NCBI RefSeq assembly: GCF_009914755.1
Contig: NC_060936.1
Origin: the human T2T-CHM13v2.0 reference genome, Homo sapiens
Strand: one strand, 5' to 3'
Length of the DNA: 64,000 nt
Shown: positions 26,761-41,770 of the stretch, one piece after another
Numbering within the stretch: the stretch's first letter is position 1
How the letters are laid out: every line of letters begins with the position of its first letter
Position numbers and translations under genes: made by a program
Notes under the pieces: generated by a model
The model's input: the letters and a program-made list of their open reading frames with translations, nothing else
Database searches by the model: none
What the model was told of the DNA's origin: nothing

Positions 26761-27596
26761 TCAACAACCTTTATTTGGCATCTACAATGTGCTAAGCTCT
26801 ATACGAGACCCTAGGGGAAAATGAGGGGAAGTGACCCCTCCTCATTACTCTTCTCTTTACATATTTTTATTACCCTCGTGCATGTATTTTTAAGGTGAAA
26901 CTTAAAACTTCTTTTGTCAGATAATCTCATGGGACTTTTGAATACTAAAGGGTGTTCTCTCTATTCATTTGGATAATACTGAGAACCTTATTCAGTCTTC
27001 CTAAAGAACGTGGAAACCTACAGCGGGCTTCACGTGTGCTGCAGAGAAGCGTTTGGTTCTCTTCCTGCTTTAATACATTATTTGAAAGTTGAACATCGTG
27101 TATTTCTTAAATATATTTATAAATTCTTTTGGTTTCTTTACTCATTGATTTGTTTATTTCAATGTCTTTCTCCTTTTTACTTCAATTATTTTTCTTATTT
27201 GCATGTATACCTCATTTTATAGTAGTATATTCCTTAGAGATATGTAGGTGTGTATACGATTTTGGTATATGATATGATTTTGATATATTAAGTCAATTCT
27301 TGACTTAAATATGTCTTTCATTTTTCTCTGAGCTTTCTTTTTTTAAATATTAAACTCATTTAGGGTGATACAAATGTTTATGAGCAACAGCATATCCTAT
27401 AAGTTTTAGTATTCTGTAATTGTTTTTCTTACATCTGCAATTGAAATGTCTATTTCCTGTTTACTTAGGAGATCTTTTAGAAGGTGAGTTTTTAATGTTA
27501 GAAAACTGAGTTTCTCATTTAAACTTTCATAGTGTGCTTCTGCCGTGGTCAGAAAGCAAGGACCCGGCCGGAAGCCTATTGAAAGGTATTAGGGTT

Positions 27597-28202
27597 TAAG
27601 TAGTTTACAACCATTGTGGAAGACAGTGTGGTGATTCCTCAGGGATCTAGAACTAGAAATACCATTTGACCCAGCCATCCCATTACTGGGTATACACCCA
27701 AAGGATTATAAATCATGCTGCTATAAAGACACATGCACACGTATGTTTATTGTGGCACTATTCACAATAGCAAAGACTTGGGATCAACCCAAATGTTCAT
27801 CAATGATAGACGGGATTAAGAAAATGTTGCACATATACAACATGGAATACTATGCAGCCATAAAAAGGATGAGTTCATGTCCTTCGTAGGGACATGGATG
27901 AAGCTGGAAACCAGCATTCTCAGCAAACTATGGCAAGGACAAAAAACCAAACATCACATGTTCTCACTCATAGGTGAGAACTGAACATTGAGAACACTTG
28001 GACACAGGGTGTGGAACGTCACACACCAGGGACTGTCGTGGGGCGGGGGCAGAGGGGAGGGATAGCTTTAGGAGATATACCTAATGTAAATGATGAGTTA
28101 ATGGGTGCAGCACACCAACATGGCACATGTATACATGTGTAACAAACCTGCACGTTGTGCATATGTACCCTAGAACTTAAAGTATAATAATAATAAATAA
28201 AA
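27597..28202 (+). mobile_element. 5'-truncated L1PA (L1PA4/5-like) with 16-bp TSD
   Basis: ORF2 end plus 3'UTR plus A-rich tail; TSD gaaaggtattagggtt at 27581-27596 and 28203-28218. Confidence 0.95.
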
Positions 28203-28732
28203 GAAAGGTATTAGGGTTGTCTTTGTGTCTAATCTATCGTTTTTGTAGTTGGTCCCCAGGTGGCTTAATAAAGGATCTATTTGCTGGAGGGTACAAAGCT
28301 ATGACAATGGGCTGTGGTCAGGCCGAGTTTTAAGCACTGGGTGTTTTCTCCTTTCCCCTGTCTCCTAGTGCTCCACAGGGAAGTCTGGAAAAGTCCCTGG
28401 GGGCTGTGCCAGATACCATTCTGAACAAAAGGCTTAGCAGAAGGAAGCAGAAATGGCTTTGCCCCTGGCATGGGTCTGTGCATCCCGTCAGTGCCTTAAT
28501 GAGAAAACGGGGAGGCAGGAGCAAGGGAGTATGAATGAAAGCACTAGAATAGTCACCTACCATTCTCATCAGAGCAGCTACCACCATTTAAATACCTGCA
28601 CCCATGCCATGCTGTCCTTCCAGGGGATGACCATGTGATGAGGCTGACAGTGCCTGTCCCTGGGGCATCTCATGGGGATCCTCTGAACCAAGATCTGCAC
28701 CTGTGATAAAGAAGAGTCAGAAATGACTGATT

Positions 28733-29257
28733 GTGTGTGTGTGTGTGTGTGTAGACATGTATTCATGAGTATGTATGTGTATATGTGTATGCATGCATGG
28801 GTGTATGTGTGTGTTTATGTGGGTGGTGTGTATGTACATGTATGTGTGTGATGTATACACGCATGGGTGTATGTGCTGTTCTAGTGCTGTGTATATGTAT
28901 GTGTATATATGTGTATGTATGTGTTTACATGTATTTATATGTGTGTTTATGTATATGTATATGGTGCATGTGTAATGCATGCATATGTGTATGTGCACGT
29001 GTATAAGGTGTGAATGTGTGTGTATGTGTGTGTTTATATGTATTTATGTGTTTATGGTACATATGTATATACATGCATGTGTGTCTGTATGTATAAGGTG
29101 TAAATATGTGTGTGAATGTGTGTGTATGCGTGTATATTTATGTGTGTATGTGTTCATGTGTGTATATGGTGCGTATGTATATGCGTGTGTGTTTGTGTGC
29201 ATGTATATGGTGTGTGTGTGTGTGTGTATGCGTGTGTTTATGTGCATATGTGTATAT
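28733..29257. repeat. Long imperfect (TG/TA)n repeat
   Basis: Direct reading. Confidence 0.95.
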
Positions 29258-29334
29258 GGAGGTTGGTAGTGGTGGTATTATAAGCAGAGTACATCGAATC
29301 AAAGGGTTTCTGGATCCCTAGGTGTATGTAGACT

Positions 29335-29785
29335 GGCACTTCTCAAACTTTGGGTCCTGGGACCCTTTTACAGTTGTAGAAATTATTGGAGATCCCAAAG
29401 AGCTTTAGTTCATGGAGAACATATCACCTACCTTGTTAGAATTTAACGCTGACAGTTTTAAAAATATTTGTTTAAAAATAACGATAATGATACCTTTGCA
29501 TGTTATCACAAATAACATCTTTCTCATGAAAACTAATTATACTTTCCAAAGCAAAAGTATTAGAAGAGTGGCGTTGTTTCTGATGTGTGCATGCCTCCTT
29601 CATGTCTGGCATCATCAAAGACAACTGGATTTCATCTCTGTGTCTGTGGTGTTATCTCAGGTCACGTGGGCTCTAGAAAACTCTGCTGCACTCCTGGAAG
29701 AAGGAGAGTGAAAAAAACGTCTAACATCCCACAAAATGGTCTTGGGGACCTCCAGGGGTCCCCAGCTCACCCTTTGAGAACCTCT
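29335..29785. mobile_element. Charlie1-family hAT DNA transposon relic
   Basis: Termini ttctcaaacttt...gaccctttta...cccaaagagcttt and ggggacctccaggggtccccagctcaccctttgagaacc. Confidence 0.7.
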
Positions 29786-30562
29786 TTTATTTTTTATATT
29801 TAAATTCTTTTCAGAATTATTTTGACATAATACTGGTGTCGTTGTAGGAGCAGCCAACAATCTGACAGATTTTCATAAACATGAGGGGCTGAGGCATTGC
29901 GGCCATGCAGCTGGGCCTGGGTGGGGGAGTCACACGCATGCTGATGGCTCAGAAATGAAGCGAGACCCGGCGGAGACCCCGAGTCACATGCAGCCAGCCA
30001 GCACAGACAGGCCCACAACTCTTTCCACTCTCCTGGGAGTGAGCAGCGGGATCCAGGGCTGTTCTTGCATTTTCCTGTATTTCAGTGAGGATACAGGCAA
30101 AGCTGCTGAAGGAGACACCACAGGACAAGGACAGAAACATCTGACTTTATTGTTTTCCCCGCCTGTAACATACAGAGGTATGTCGGCCAGGGCTGGCAGG
30201 TGCTTCTGCTCTACGAGGCTGTCCAGGGAACCAGGTTCCCGCCGTGTTGTTGCCCCTCCATTCCCTAGTGTGCTGCTCTCGCCCTCCTGTGGTAGCTGTT
30301 CACCAGCACCCATGGGCATTACACCAGCAGGAAGGGGGAAGGGAAATAGAGGGTGCAGGGCGGACCAGCTCCTCCTTAAAGGAGGATTCCAGGGAGCTGC
30401 TCGCCTCCCTGTGTGTCCCCGCACCAGGCTGCAAGCGAGATTGTGGCTGCAGGCACTAGCCAGGTGTTCCTCTTACAACCCAGGAGGCTCTGTTTCCATA
30501 AAGAAGGGAATGACCAATTCTGGGAAAGTCTCTGGCTCATCTTGGGACTCTCTGCATCTTAG

Positions 30563-30997
<435 letters not shown>

Positions 30998-31799
30998 TAG
31001 ATGACTTTATCAGGAGTAGCTAGATAAATCTGGCTGTTCAATAAGCATCTTCTAGAAGTTTCTCAATGGACAAAGGATTCCTATTTGGTCTGCTTTGTTT
31101 GGATTCGTTTTGGTCTCCTTATTTGGTCTCTGGGACCTTTGACCTGATGTAGGTAAAATGTGGATTCTGGTGCAGTCAACCAACACCGCATGCCATTTTG
31201 AAAGCCAAGCCAAGCAAAACCCCGAACAATACAAGACAAAAAATACCCCCTCCAAACCCTAGAGAGTCCCATTTGAAATCCTTGGGGGCTGAGGTGACTC
31301 CCATTTTGATGTATTGTGTGGACTGACCAGCATCTCACATGTAGGAGCTTTCTGGGGGCTGTGGCTCCCGGGGTCCTGTGGGAAGAATAGTGAGGTGCAC
31401 ACAATGCAACGGGATCCTTAGGGCTATTTTTGTCACAATGAATCCGCGGGAGGCAGCAGCTTTGTCCTGACCCACTTCCTTCTCGCAAGTGTGCTCACAG
31501 CCTGAAGAGAGCGTTGGGAAGGATTTTCTGTTAGCATCCAGCTTGCTTCCCCACTTCCCTGCGACTGTCTGCGGGGAGAGGCTGCCTGGATTTTTGCATT
31601 TGCATTTCGGGACATGTTGCAGATATTCTCCACACCTGAATGCCGTGTCCATCTGTCGGCTTCTGCAGGCTCACACTCCTGTCACCTCCAAATCATGTTT
31701 CCCCATCTACGTCGTTATCGTCAGCTTAACTCCTTCAATGCAATATTCATTTCAGTTAGCAAGACACAGAATAACTGTGGACAAGGAGTTCAGGTGTTA

Positions 31800-32193
<394 letters not shown>

Positions 32194-32513
32194 CTATGCA
32201 TGCAGGAAAAGCTAACATTCTGATAGAAATCTGATTGTTCAGGAATCCATAGAAAGTATAAACCCCGGAAAACAGGAGGAGCCCGAGGATGTTGTATAGT
32301 TCGTGCTGCTGTCTCTGAACAAAACTGTATCCAACATTTAAATGCTGCCACTTTCAAGAAATACTCAAAAGACAGAACTCCATAGCTAATCTTGGTCAAT
32401 GTGCTCCAGGGTTTTGAGCCCACGTTATTGATAAGTTCTTCCAAATGTATATTACCTTGTTTCAATTTTCATGATCAGTGGTAACAAGGGACCTTTCCTA
32501 ATATGTTATTTGA

Positions 32514-32888
<375 letters not shown>

Positions 32889-34254
32889 TAGACATCTAAG
32901 GAATCCTCCCCACCTCGTGTTATGATTAAAAAATCATCATCAATGAGAAGGCTGATGCTTTTGATGTGTGTTTTATTAAATATCATAAATGATTAATTCC
33001 GGCCAGCACTGGAGGTATGGAAACTCTTGAAAATGTGACCTTGGCAGATGTGCTGCTGCGGTGAGAAGACGGCCAGGGTGGATTTGCACATCATGGGAAG
33101 GACCGTCACCCTGTGCTCTGTGGCGGACACCCTCCTTGTCACACCGGGAGTTCTTCCTCAGAGCCACAGTCCACACAGCAGGGGTCCCTGCATCCTGTCC
33201 TGCACACGCGGTTGCGTATCTGCACCGAGATGAGAGGATAAACAGGCTGAGGCTGACTGCATTGGTTTTTGTAATAGCAAAGAATCGGAAATAAACCAGA
33301 TTTTCACAAGTGGTTTGCACACTGTTTTGTATTAGGGTAAAGCCATTAAAAGGAATAGCGAGGGGCTGTGTGCATGCTGGTGGGAAGGTCTCCAGGACAC
33401 ACAGTAAGGGGCAAAGAGCAAGGAGCAGAATGTAAATAAACACGACTGTGTTTCTGCAGAAAAACCATGTGCTCATTCACTTGTACAAATACTCAGAATA
33501 TTCTGAGTATTTTCCAAAATGAAAGGCCACACCTAGAAGTCTCGTGAATGGTTATTTTCCAGGACAGACAGTGAAGATCAATCGACATGGGACTGACGGA
33601 CGTGGCTTTGCATCTTAATCTCTGTATTTTCTTTTATCTATGACTTTTGTAATACAGAAATAAACAGCTTATAAATGAGGGGAAAGCAGGAATCATATTT
33701 TACCAAAAAAAAACCTTCTGAGGCAGCTGAGGAAAACTGAACGCAGTCTGGGTCTTATAGGACATTGCTGAATTACTGATGCTTTTCTGAACATGACAAC
33801 GGTAGTGTGGTGTGTTTCAAAAAGTCTTCTTAGGTGATAAATACACACTAATGTATGTATAAGTAAAATGATAGGATTATGCTTTCAAAAACTCTACGCA
33901 TATATAAAAATTAATTTTGCAATGATTTAATAGGTAACTTTTTAAGATGACCAAATAACAAAGATCTATAGTTTCTTTATTGGGGGAGTAGGAAGAGCCC
34001 GTGGTCGTGTGGGAGGGCCAGCCAGGTGTGGCTGCAGCTTCCGAGTTCTCTAACTTGACATCCAGACACTGGGTGAGAGTGGGGGAGATGGAGGGCCCCT
34101 GGGATGCAGAATGTGGGGAGGAACCGGGAGTGAGGGTCGCCCCCGTCTGCAGATCCCACTGCGCCCTTCCTCACGCATGGCGCCTGGGAATCCTGCTCGC
34201 CTCTCCCTGCAGGGCTCTGCCTCCTAGTGTTTAAACGTTGACAACTAATGCAGC

Positions 34255-34790
34255 TGTGTGAGTGTGTGTGTTTGTGTGTGATACGAATGTGTGCACCTGC
34301 GTCCGCTGTGTGATATGAACATGTGTGCCTGTTTGTGGATGTGTGTATGGGCCTCTGTGTGTGTGAGAGTGAGGGTGTGTATGGGTAAGTATTTGCATAT
34401 ATGAATGTGTGTGTATATGAGTATGAATGTGTTTGCCTGTGTTTGTGTGTATGAGAGTGTGTGTGTGTTTTGTATACCAGTATGAATGTGTGTGCATCTG
34501 TGTATGTGAGTGTGAGAGAGTGGGAAGTGGGTGTGTGTGTGTGTGTGTGTATGAGTGTGTATGCAGGTGTGTGTGTATATGAATGTGTGCATGTTTTTAT
34601 GTATGTGAGTATACATATGTGTGCCTGTGTCTATGTATGTATGTGTGTGTGGGTGCGTGAGTGTGAGAGTGTGTGGGCATGTGTTTTTGTGAACGGTGCG
34701 TGGGTTCGTGTATGTGAGTGCGGATGTGTGTAAAAGTGTGTGTGAGCATGTTTGTGTATGTGAATGTGAGAGTCTGTGTGTGTATCTGTG
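34255..34790. repeat. Long imperfect (TG)n repeat
   Basis: Direct reading. Confidence 0.95.
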
Positions 34791-35524
34791 GTGAAGACTA
34801 ACATATCTGAAGGCAATTGGGCCCGAGGTGATCTGTGTGATTTCTGATGTGAAAGAGCACCTGCGAGGGGTCTTCCCCAGCCGCCCCTGGCAGGAGATCC
34901 CAGCCGCAGAGGGCTCAGGGCTGTCCAGAGCTTGAAACAGAACCCATTGATCTCATTACAAGAGGCGGAGGGAGAGTCACGCAAGATAACCTTGAGGTTG
35001 GGTTGTTCGTATCTCAAGTCTCTTAGAAGGCATTCTTTGCTTGTTTAAATATCCTCTTTCAACAGAAAATGACTCTTCCATGGAGGCCCCTACCATATTT
35101 GAGCTACTCATGTTTGCACCACCTAATCAGATGCAAGTCTAAATAAACATATATATATATATTTAATATACATCGACAGAGAGCACAGTCCCAACATTGA
35201 AACGCTTCTGTCACCCCTTATGTAATTTCAGACCTGAGGCACCTAGGCCTGTGCTGGGTAAACCTCAGATGCAGAAAGGCCTGGAAGGAGAAAGGCGTGT
35301 TCGTTTTCAGGAGAGACCTGGAACTCGAGCAGATGCCAGGGGAATCACAGCACAGCTTGACGCAGGTAAGCTGGGCCCTGGGCCCAGTGCAGGGAGGAAG
35401 ATGCTGGGGGTTCTCATACACCATTCAGATTCTTTTGCTTCCAAGTGTGTTCCCTGCTCTCTGCACCCCTCCTCCCTGCAGAGCATGAGATGCAGGAGCT
35501 GCTGGGATGCCGTGGGAGCGCCTC

Positions 35525-35808
35525 GGGCTTGCTTTGAGAGAGTGGTTCCCAAGCTTGAGCATCCGAACATCCCGGGGGTGCTGGCTAGAACACAGGATGC
35601 CAGCCCCAGCCTGGAGTGCCCCAGTCAGGAGGTCTGGGAGGGACCCGGAAATGTGCACCTGTCACAAGAGCCCAGGCGATGTTGGGGCCGCAGGTCCGTG
35701 AGCCGCACTCTGGGAGCTGCTGGCCTCGCAAGATGTGCCTGGATTTCAGATCACCCCAGAGACAGGCAGGCAGCTTCTGGCTTTCAGGAAAATCACAGTT
35801 TGGGTTTT
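35525..35808 (+). repeat. Copy 1 of a ~285-bp dispersed duplication (diverged MER5A plus ~90 bp flank)
   Basis: Colinear with 37270-37554. Confidence 0.9.
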
Positions 35809-35844
35809 GTATCTCTTGCTTGTATGCAACACATCTACAAAATT

Positions 35845-36090
35845 AAGGTTTTTAAAAAATTGTGGCAAAATACCCAAAATGCAGTAACACAAACTTTACC
35901 ACCTTACCCCCTGTGAGTCTACGACTCAGTCATGTTCAGCGCACACACGTGGCTGTGCAACCATCACGCCGTGCTGCCCCCGCACGCTTTCTGCTTGCAC
36001 GGCTAAAGCTCTGTGCCCAGTATGCGCCAACACCTCGTCCCCACCTCCCATCCCGTCCCTGAAGCCATCGTTCCACTCTCTGTCTATATG
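35845..36090 (-). mobile_element. L1MB-type 3' end, strongly GC-shifted
   Basis: ttgtggcaaaatac...taacacaaactttaccacctta...gtgcaaccatcac...ttccactctctgtctatatg. Confidence 0.65.
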
Positions 36091-37119
36091 CATTTAATTA
36101 AGTCTGTAGTTCACTATGTTTTGGGCAAAGTCGTGGTCACAGTGAGACCTGAGGCTGATCCCACGGAGGAGACGGGCAGGTGACTGTGTTAACTTACGTG
36201 ACAGTGTAGCAATCAAACAGCTGCCTCGTGAGAGACGAAGGGGTGGTAAGAGGCTCAGCCAGGTAGTTTCTCTTCCTCCTCCTCCTCTTCCTCTTTAACT
36301 TCAGGCTAGGAAAATGCTGTGGGTGGAGCCACTCTGGGAAGGTGAAAAGCCTTTTACCCCCAGGTTGCCTCAGTAAGAGGTTCCCGCTGCGGCACTTTAA
36401 AGCCCCGTAGACGTGTCTGAATTTATAACACACTCTTGAAGTATTCACTCAGAATCCTGAAGGGATTTTCAAAGCCACCAAGAGGATGGAGAACTTGTGG
36501 CCAGCTCAGGTGTAGGGAAAAACTTCTAGGAGGGCTGCCTGTTCAATGGTATTAAACAGACTTTTGGGAAGACGGCGCCAGTAGCCACAGACCCGGAAAA
36601 CTCGTGGGCACTGAATTCAGATTAGCAGGTGTTTGTTGTGTGTTAACTCTCTACGAAGCACAGACACAGTGGGAGAGAAACCTTCTGAGGTGCATGGGGC
36701 TCGGTCAGTGATCGGAGTCAGAGGAACATCAGATAACCAGCTTTTCCCTCGTGTCATAGGGATGTGGAGGACCCTCTGTGTGCAGGGCCCTCTGCTGAGC
36801 ACGGCTGCCCAGTGGCTTCCCCTGTGGGAAGCGGAGAGGCGGGCACTCGGTCACAATGATAAGAACCTCCTCCTAGCGAGGGCTGCTGTAGCCAGGCTGC
36901 ACTGGGAGTGGTTTCCTTATGTTCTGTAGTGGAAACAGATCATTACAAAAGAACAAGGTTTGTGACCGCTGGAAATATGAATGAGGTCTTATGAAGACAT
37001 CAAAGAGGAATTCCTAGCCCAGGCCGGGGAGGGTGGGATGGGCTGCTGAGTGGAGACGGTGCTGGAGTGAAGAGGCAGAGGACGGAAAGGAGTATGCAGG
37101 CCTAAGAGGAAATTCATCC

Positions 37120-38350
37120 CACCGACATGCATCCAGAAAGCTATTGAGTGTCCCTCCCTGCCAGGCACAGGCCTAGCCCCGGGGATAAACGACTGAACAC
37201 AACCTGCTGTCATGAGCTTGTGTTCTTGGGGGAGGAGGTGGTAGCAATAAACAGGGTGGGATGTAACATGGGTTTGCTTTGAGAGAGTTGTCCCCAAGCT
37301 TGAGCATCAGAACATCCTGGGAGGGCTGGCTGGAACACAGGATGCCAGCCCCAGCCCCAAGCACCCGAGTCGGGAGGTCTGGGAGGGACCCAGAAATGTG
37401 CACCTGTCACAAGAGCCCAGACGATGTTGGTGCCGCAGGTCCGTGAGCCACACTCTCGGAGCTGCTGCTCTCAGGTGATGTGCCTGCATTTCAGATTGCC
37501 CCAGGGACAAGCAGGCAGCTTCTGACTTACAGGAAAAGCACAGTTTGAGCTTTTAACACATAGGATATGTTCGTGATAAGTGTGAAAACTATAAAGAAAG
37601 AGAATAGCAAAACTATGGTTGGGCTATTGCAATTTTACATAGGATTGCAAGAGAAGGCATCATGGAGAAAGTGGGATTGGAGTAAAACTCTAAAGGATGT
37701 GATGACATGAGTCATGGCACATCAGGGAATGGTTTTCCAGACAAAGACCAGACGTGCAAAGGTCCTGGGGCAGGGGCTCCCTGGGAAGCTCAACGTGAGC
37801 AACCACAGTGTGGCCACAGCAGAATGAATGTGAGGGAGAGGACGGAGATGCGGTCCTGATGAGGACAGGGAACACGCCACGCTGAGGCTTCTTGGCCACT
37901 GAAGGCTCTCTGAGTTTCCTTTGAGTGAGATGGGAACTACCGAGGTTTTATGAGCAGAAGATGGGTGTGGCTTGACTAATGTTTTCATAGTCTCTCTCTG
38001 GCTGCAATGGGGAATGAAACTGAAGGGGAGAAGTGGTGGCAGGAGAGACACCAGCCAGGAGGTGGCTGCCCCAACCAGGTACGGAAAATGGTGGGTGAAA
38101 CTGAGGTGTAAGCAATGGTGTGAGTGGGAAGTAATTGGATGGGGACCGTACTTTGAAGACAGAGCTGATAAGATTGAACGGCCAATAGGAGGTGGAATTT
38201 GAGGCAAGAGCGATGTCAGGAATGACTCCAGGGTTTTTGGCCAAGCCAGCCTGAGGCAGGAGTGGCCATCTCCCCTCTCATTGTGAAGCGGGTCAGAGCA
38301 GGAGGTGAGAAAATGAGAATTCATTCTAGGCAGACCAAACGACAGTTGCA
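37120..38350 (-). mobile_element. L2 LINE interrupted by the duplication copy
   Basis: tattgagtgtcc...gccaggcac...; tgcaaaggtcctggggcagg; agtgagatgggaac; gtcaggaatgactccagggtttttggcc. Confidence 0.7.
37270..37554 (+). repeat. Copy 2 of the ~285-bp dispersed duplication
   Basis: Colinear with 35525-35808. Confidence 0.9.
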
Positions 38351-39429
38351 AAACAAAGTAACCATGGAGTGTGTGCGGGGAGCTGCCAGCCCCTGGAGAC
38401 CCCAAGGAAGGGTATGGGGTGGATGAGACCAGACAGGGATGGGTGCACACGAAGAAGCTAGGAAGCCTCCTCCCGCAGCATCCGCGCATCCAGAGTTTGG
38501 CGTTTTGTGGGCAGGTTTGGCTGGCAGAAGCTATGCAAGGGTTCAGGGATGCTGCTGGGAGGATACCATATTTCACTTCATCCAAGACATCACTTGTAAA
38601 TTCGGTCATTATTTTGTATCCTTCTAAGAAAGAAATTATGTTAAGACTTACATTATGGTGGGTTACTGTTGTGTCACTTAGAGTTTGCCCTTTATGCATA
38701 TTACATGCATATTAAAGGTGCCCTTCCACACTTAGACATAGAGATTCATACCCTGCATCTCTCCATGCATGCAGAAAAGAAAGGCACAAAATTAATTGGT
38801 TCAGATTTTGCAAACGTCTTCACATTCAGAGTTTGACTCCTCTGAAATACTTTGAGACTAGAATCACCCATGTTCAGGTTTTCAATCTACCTGGGAACTA
38901 CATGTGCTCATGAGCGACAGGGAAGGCTGCCTTCTCTGGAAGAGTCCCCCACCATTGTCTCGATGGCCCTTCTGCATTGTTGAAGCTGCTGCATACTTTA
39001 TCTCTGTCAACGTCTTAGGGAAGGCCAATATGTCACTATTGCTGCTGGATGTGATCTGTTGCCAGGCACATCCTGATATCAGAAATGTTAAGATGTATTT
39101 AAAAGCTCTGTTTCGGAACCAATGACATAGGAGAGAATTTGGGCCATCATTCTAATCTTTCACCTTGAGGTTGGAGATAATTTATACCCAGAATAACATT
39201 ATGAAAGCCCCAAAAGACAGGGGAAGGAGTTGGGCTGACAAGTTTCCCAGGTGGAATTATTCCAGGTGGTGCCAAGACCCAGCATGTGTCCCAGGTGTGG
39301 GTGACTGGAGTGAGGTAAGATGTCAACCAGTGGAGTGAAAGAGGGTCAAGTTCTGAGCTGTGGCTGTTGGCAGGGAGTCTGTATGGATGTTTAAACCTCC
39401 TGGGACTATGGCAGGACATGGGATGGAGG

Positions 39430-39841
39430 CTTCAGCAGTGCCCTGGGGCTGCTATAACAAAACACCACAAACTGGGTGGCTTAGAACAACAGGAATTTGT
39501 TCTCACAGCATTCTGGAAGCTGGAAGTCTGAAACCAGTGTGGCAGGGTTGGCTCCTCCCAGTGGGCCTGGCTTCTGGGGTCCCTGGCAATCCTCGAGGTT
39601 CTGTGGCTCGCACAGGCATCACTCCAGGCTCTGCCTTCGTTGCCACGTGGACTTCTCCTCTGTGTGTCTCTGTGTGTCCTTGCCTCGTATAAAGACGCCA
39701 GTCATTTGGATTTAGGACAGACCCTAATCCAGCATGAGTTCAGCTTGCTTTAACATGTTTGCAAAGATTGTTTCCAAATAAGATCACATTCTGAGGTTAC
39801 AGGGGGACATAGTTTGGGGGCACACTATTTAACCCAGTACA
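39430..39841 (-). mobile_element. MLT1C/B-like solo LTR
   Basis: gctataacaaaacaccacaaactgggtggcttagaacaacagg...ttccaaataagatcacattctgagg. Confidence 0.85.
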
Positions 39842-40942
39842 GAGAAGAAGATTGAGCCAGCTCCCTGAGTTACGCATGGATAGGGAGGGGTGGACAAGAG
39901 GCTGGTCAATGGCAGGGGTGAGGAGAGGAGGGACTTCTCTCTGGGGAACACATTCAAGAGGACATCACAGAAATGTCCCTGCCCACTTTGTGTTGCTGCT
40001 GATCTCCTGGCCCAAGATGCACCCTAGCCTGGCCTGACAGCATACACTTTTACAAACAGCTTCCTGGCTGTTTGCAGCCAGGAAGATGAGAGGAGGATGG
40101 GGCTGGAGCAAACCCTGTGGGCCGCAGGGCAGGAGGGTGGGGCAACCTCACAGGACCTCCCTGTTGATGGTTTTGGCCCTCAATGTCCCACCAACACCCT
40201 CCCAGCACTTTTGTCCTATCCCCTCGGTAACCTCTAGGCCTCCAGAGCCTGGGAGCTCTTGGGTGCCCTGGCGTCCGCTCCAGTCCTTGCCCACTGCCCA
40301 CTCCAATGGATGTGGTATTTCTGACCTTCCCTGATTCCTGGGCCATCATCACGCAGAAACAGCTCCAGCTCAGCATCCCTTTGGCAGAGCCCCAGGCACA
40401 CTTTCCGCCCCAAGATAAAATCAAACATCAAAGGAGTATGAAATTTCACACGAGGGCGGAAGAGCGCTGGTCTGGAATTGGCAGTGGAGGCCAAGGGAAA
40501 GGCTCACTCCTGTTGTCACTGGACTGGGAGTCGGGACAAATGGCCCCGTGTGGAAGCCGGGGGAATGACCTCATCTCCTGAGGCCACAGTTCTCCGTCCA
40601 TGAATCCAAGAGCCTGGCTTAGGGGACCGACCGTGAGGGCACCTTCATGTCCCAAACTCTCCAAGTTTAAAAACGGGCAGGCAAGGGAGCATTCCACAGC
40701 CATTTCTGATTCCTTGTTTCTCTTTTACAAAAAGTGTTCTTTCGCATTATGGCTTTTACTCCTCACCTTATCGTTGAAATAGTTCCCAAATCTATAATTC
40801 TTCTGCAAACCATAACAGCTTAATGAATTCTACCAGAAAGAGAAAGCAACCAGTTTATTACAGACACATTAACCTTCATCTGTGATGCAGCTTCTATTCT
40901 GTTGCATGCTGGCACCACTTGAGAGCTTTAAGATACACACGT

Positions 40943-41770
<828 letters not shown>

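Noticed and set aside
30278-30295. CTCF-like motif on the minus strand (CCACAGGAGGGCG)
   Set aside because: Several mismatches to the core consensus; not supportable without ChIP data.
35197-35916. 239-aa ORF
   Set aside because: TTG start; it crosses MER5A and L1 relics; no protein similarity that I recognise.
37722-38699. 325-aa minus-strand ORF
   Set aside because: Largely degraded L2 read in its sense direction; no intact reverse-transcriptase motifs.
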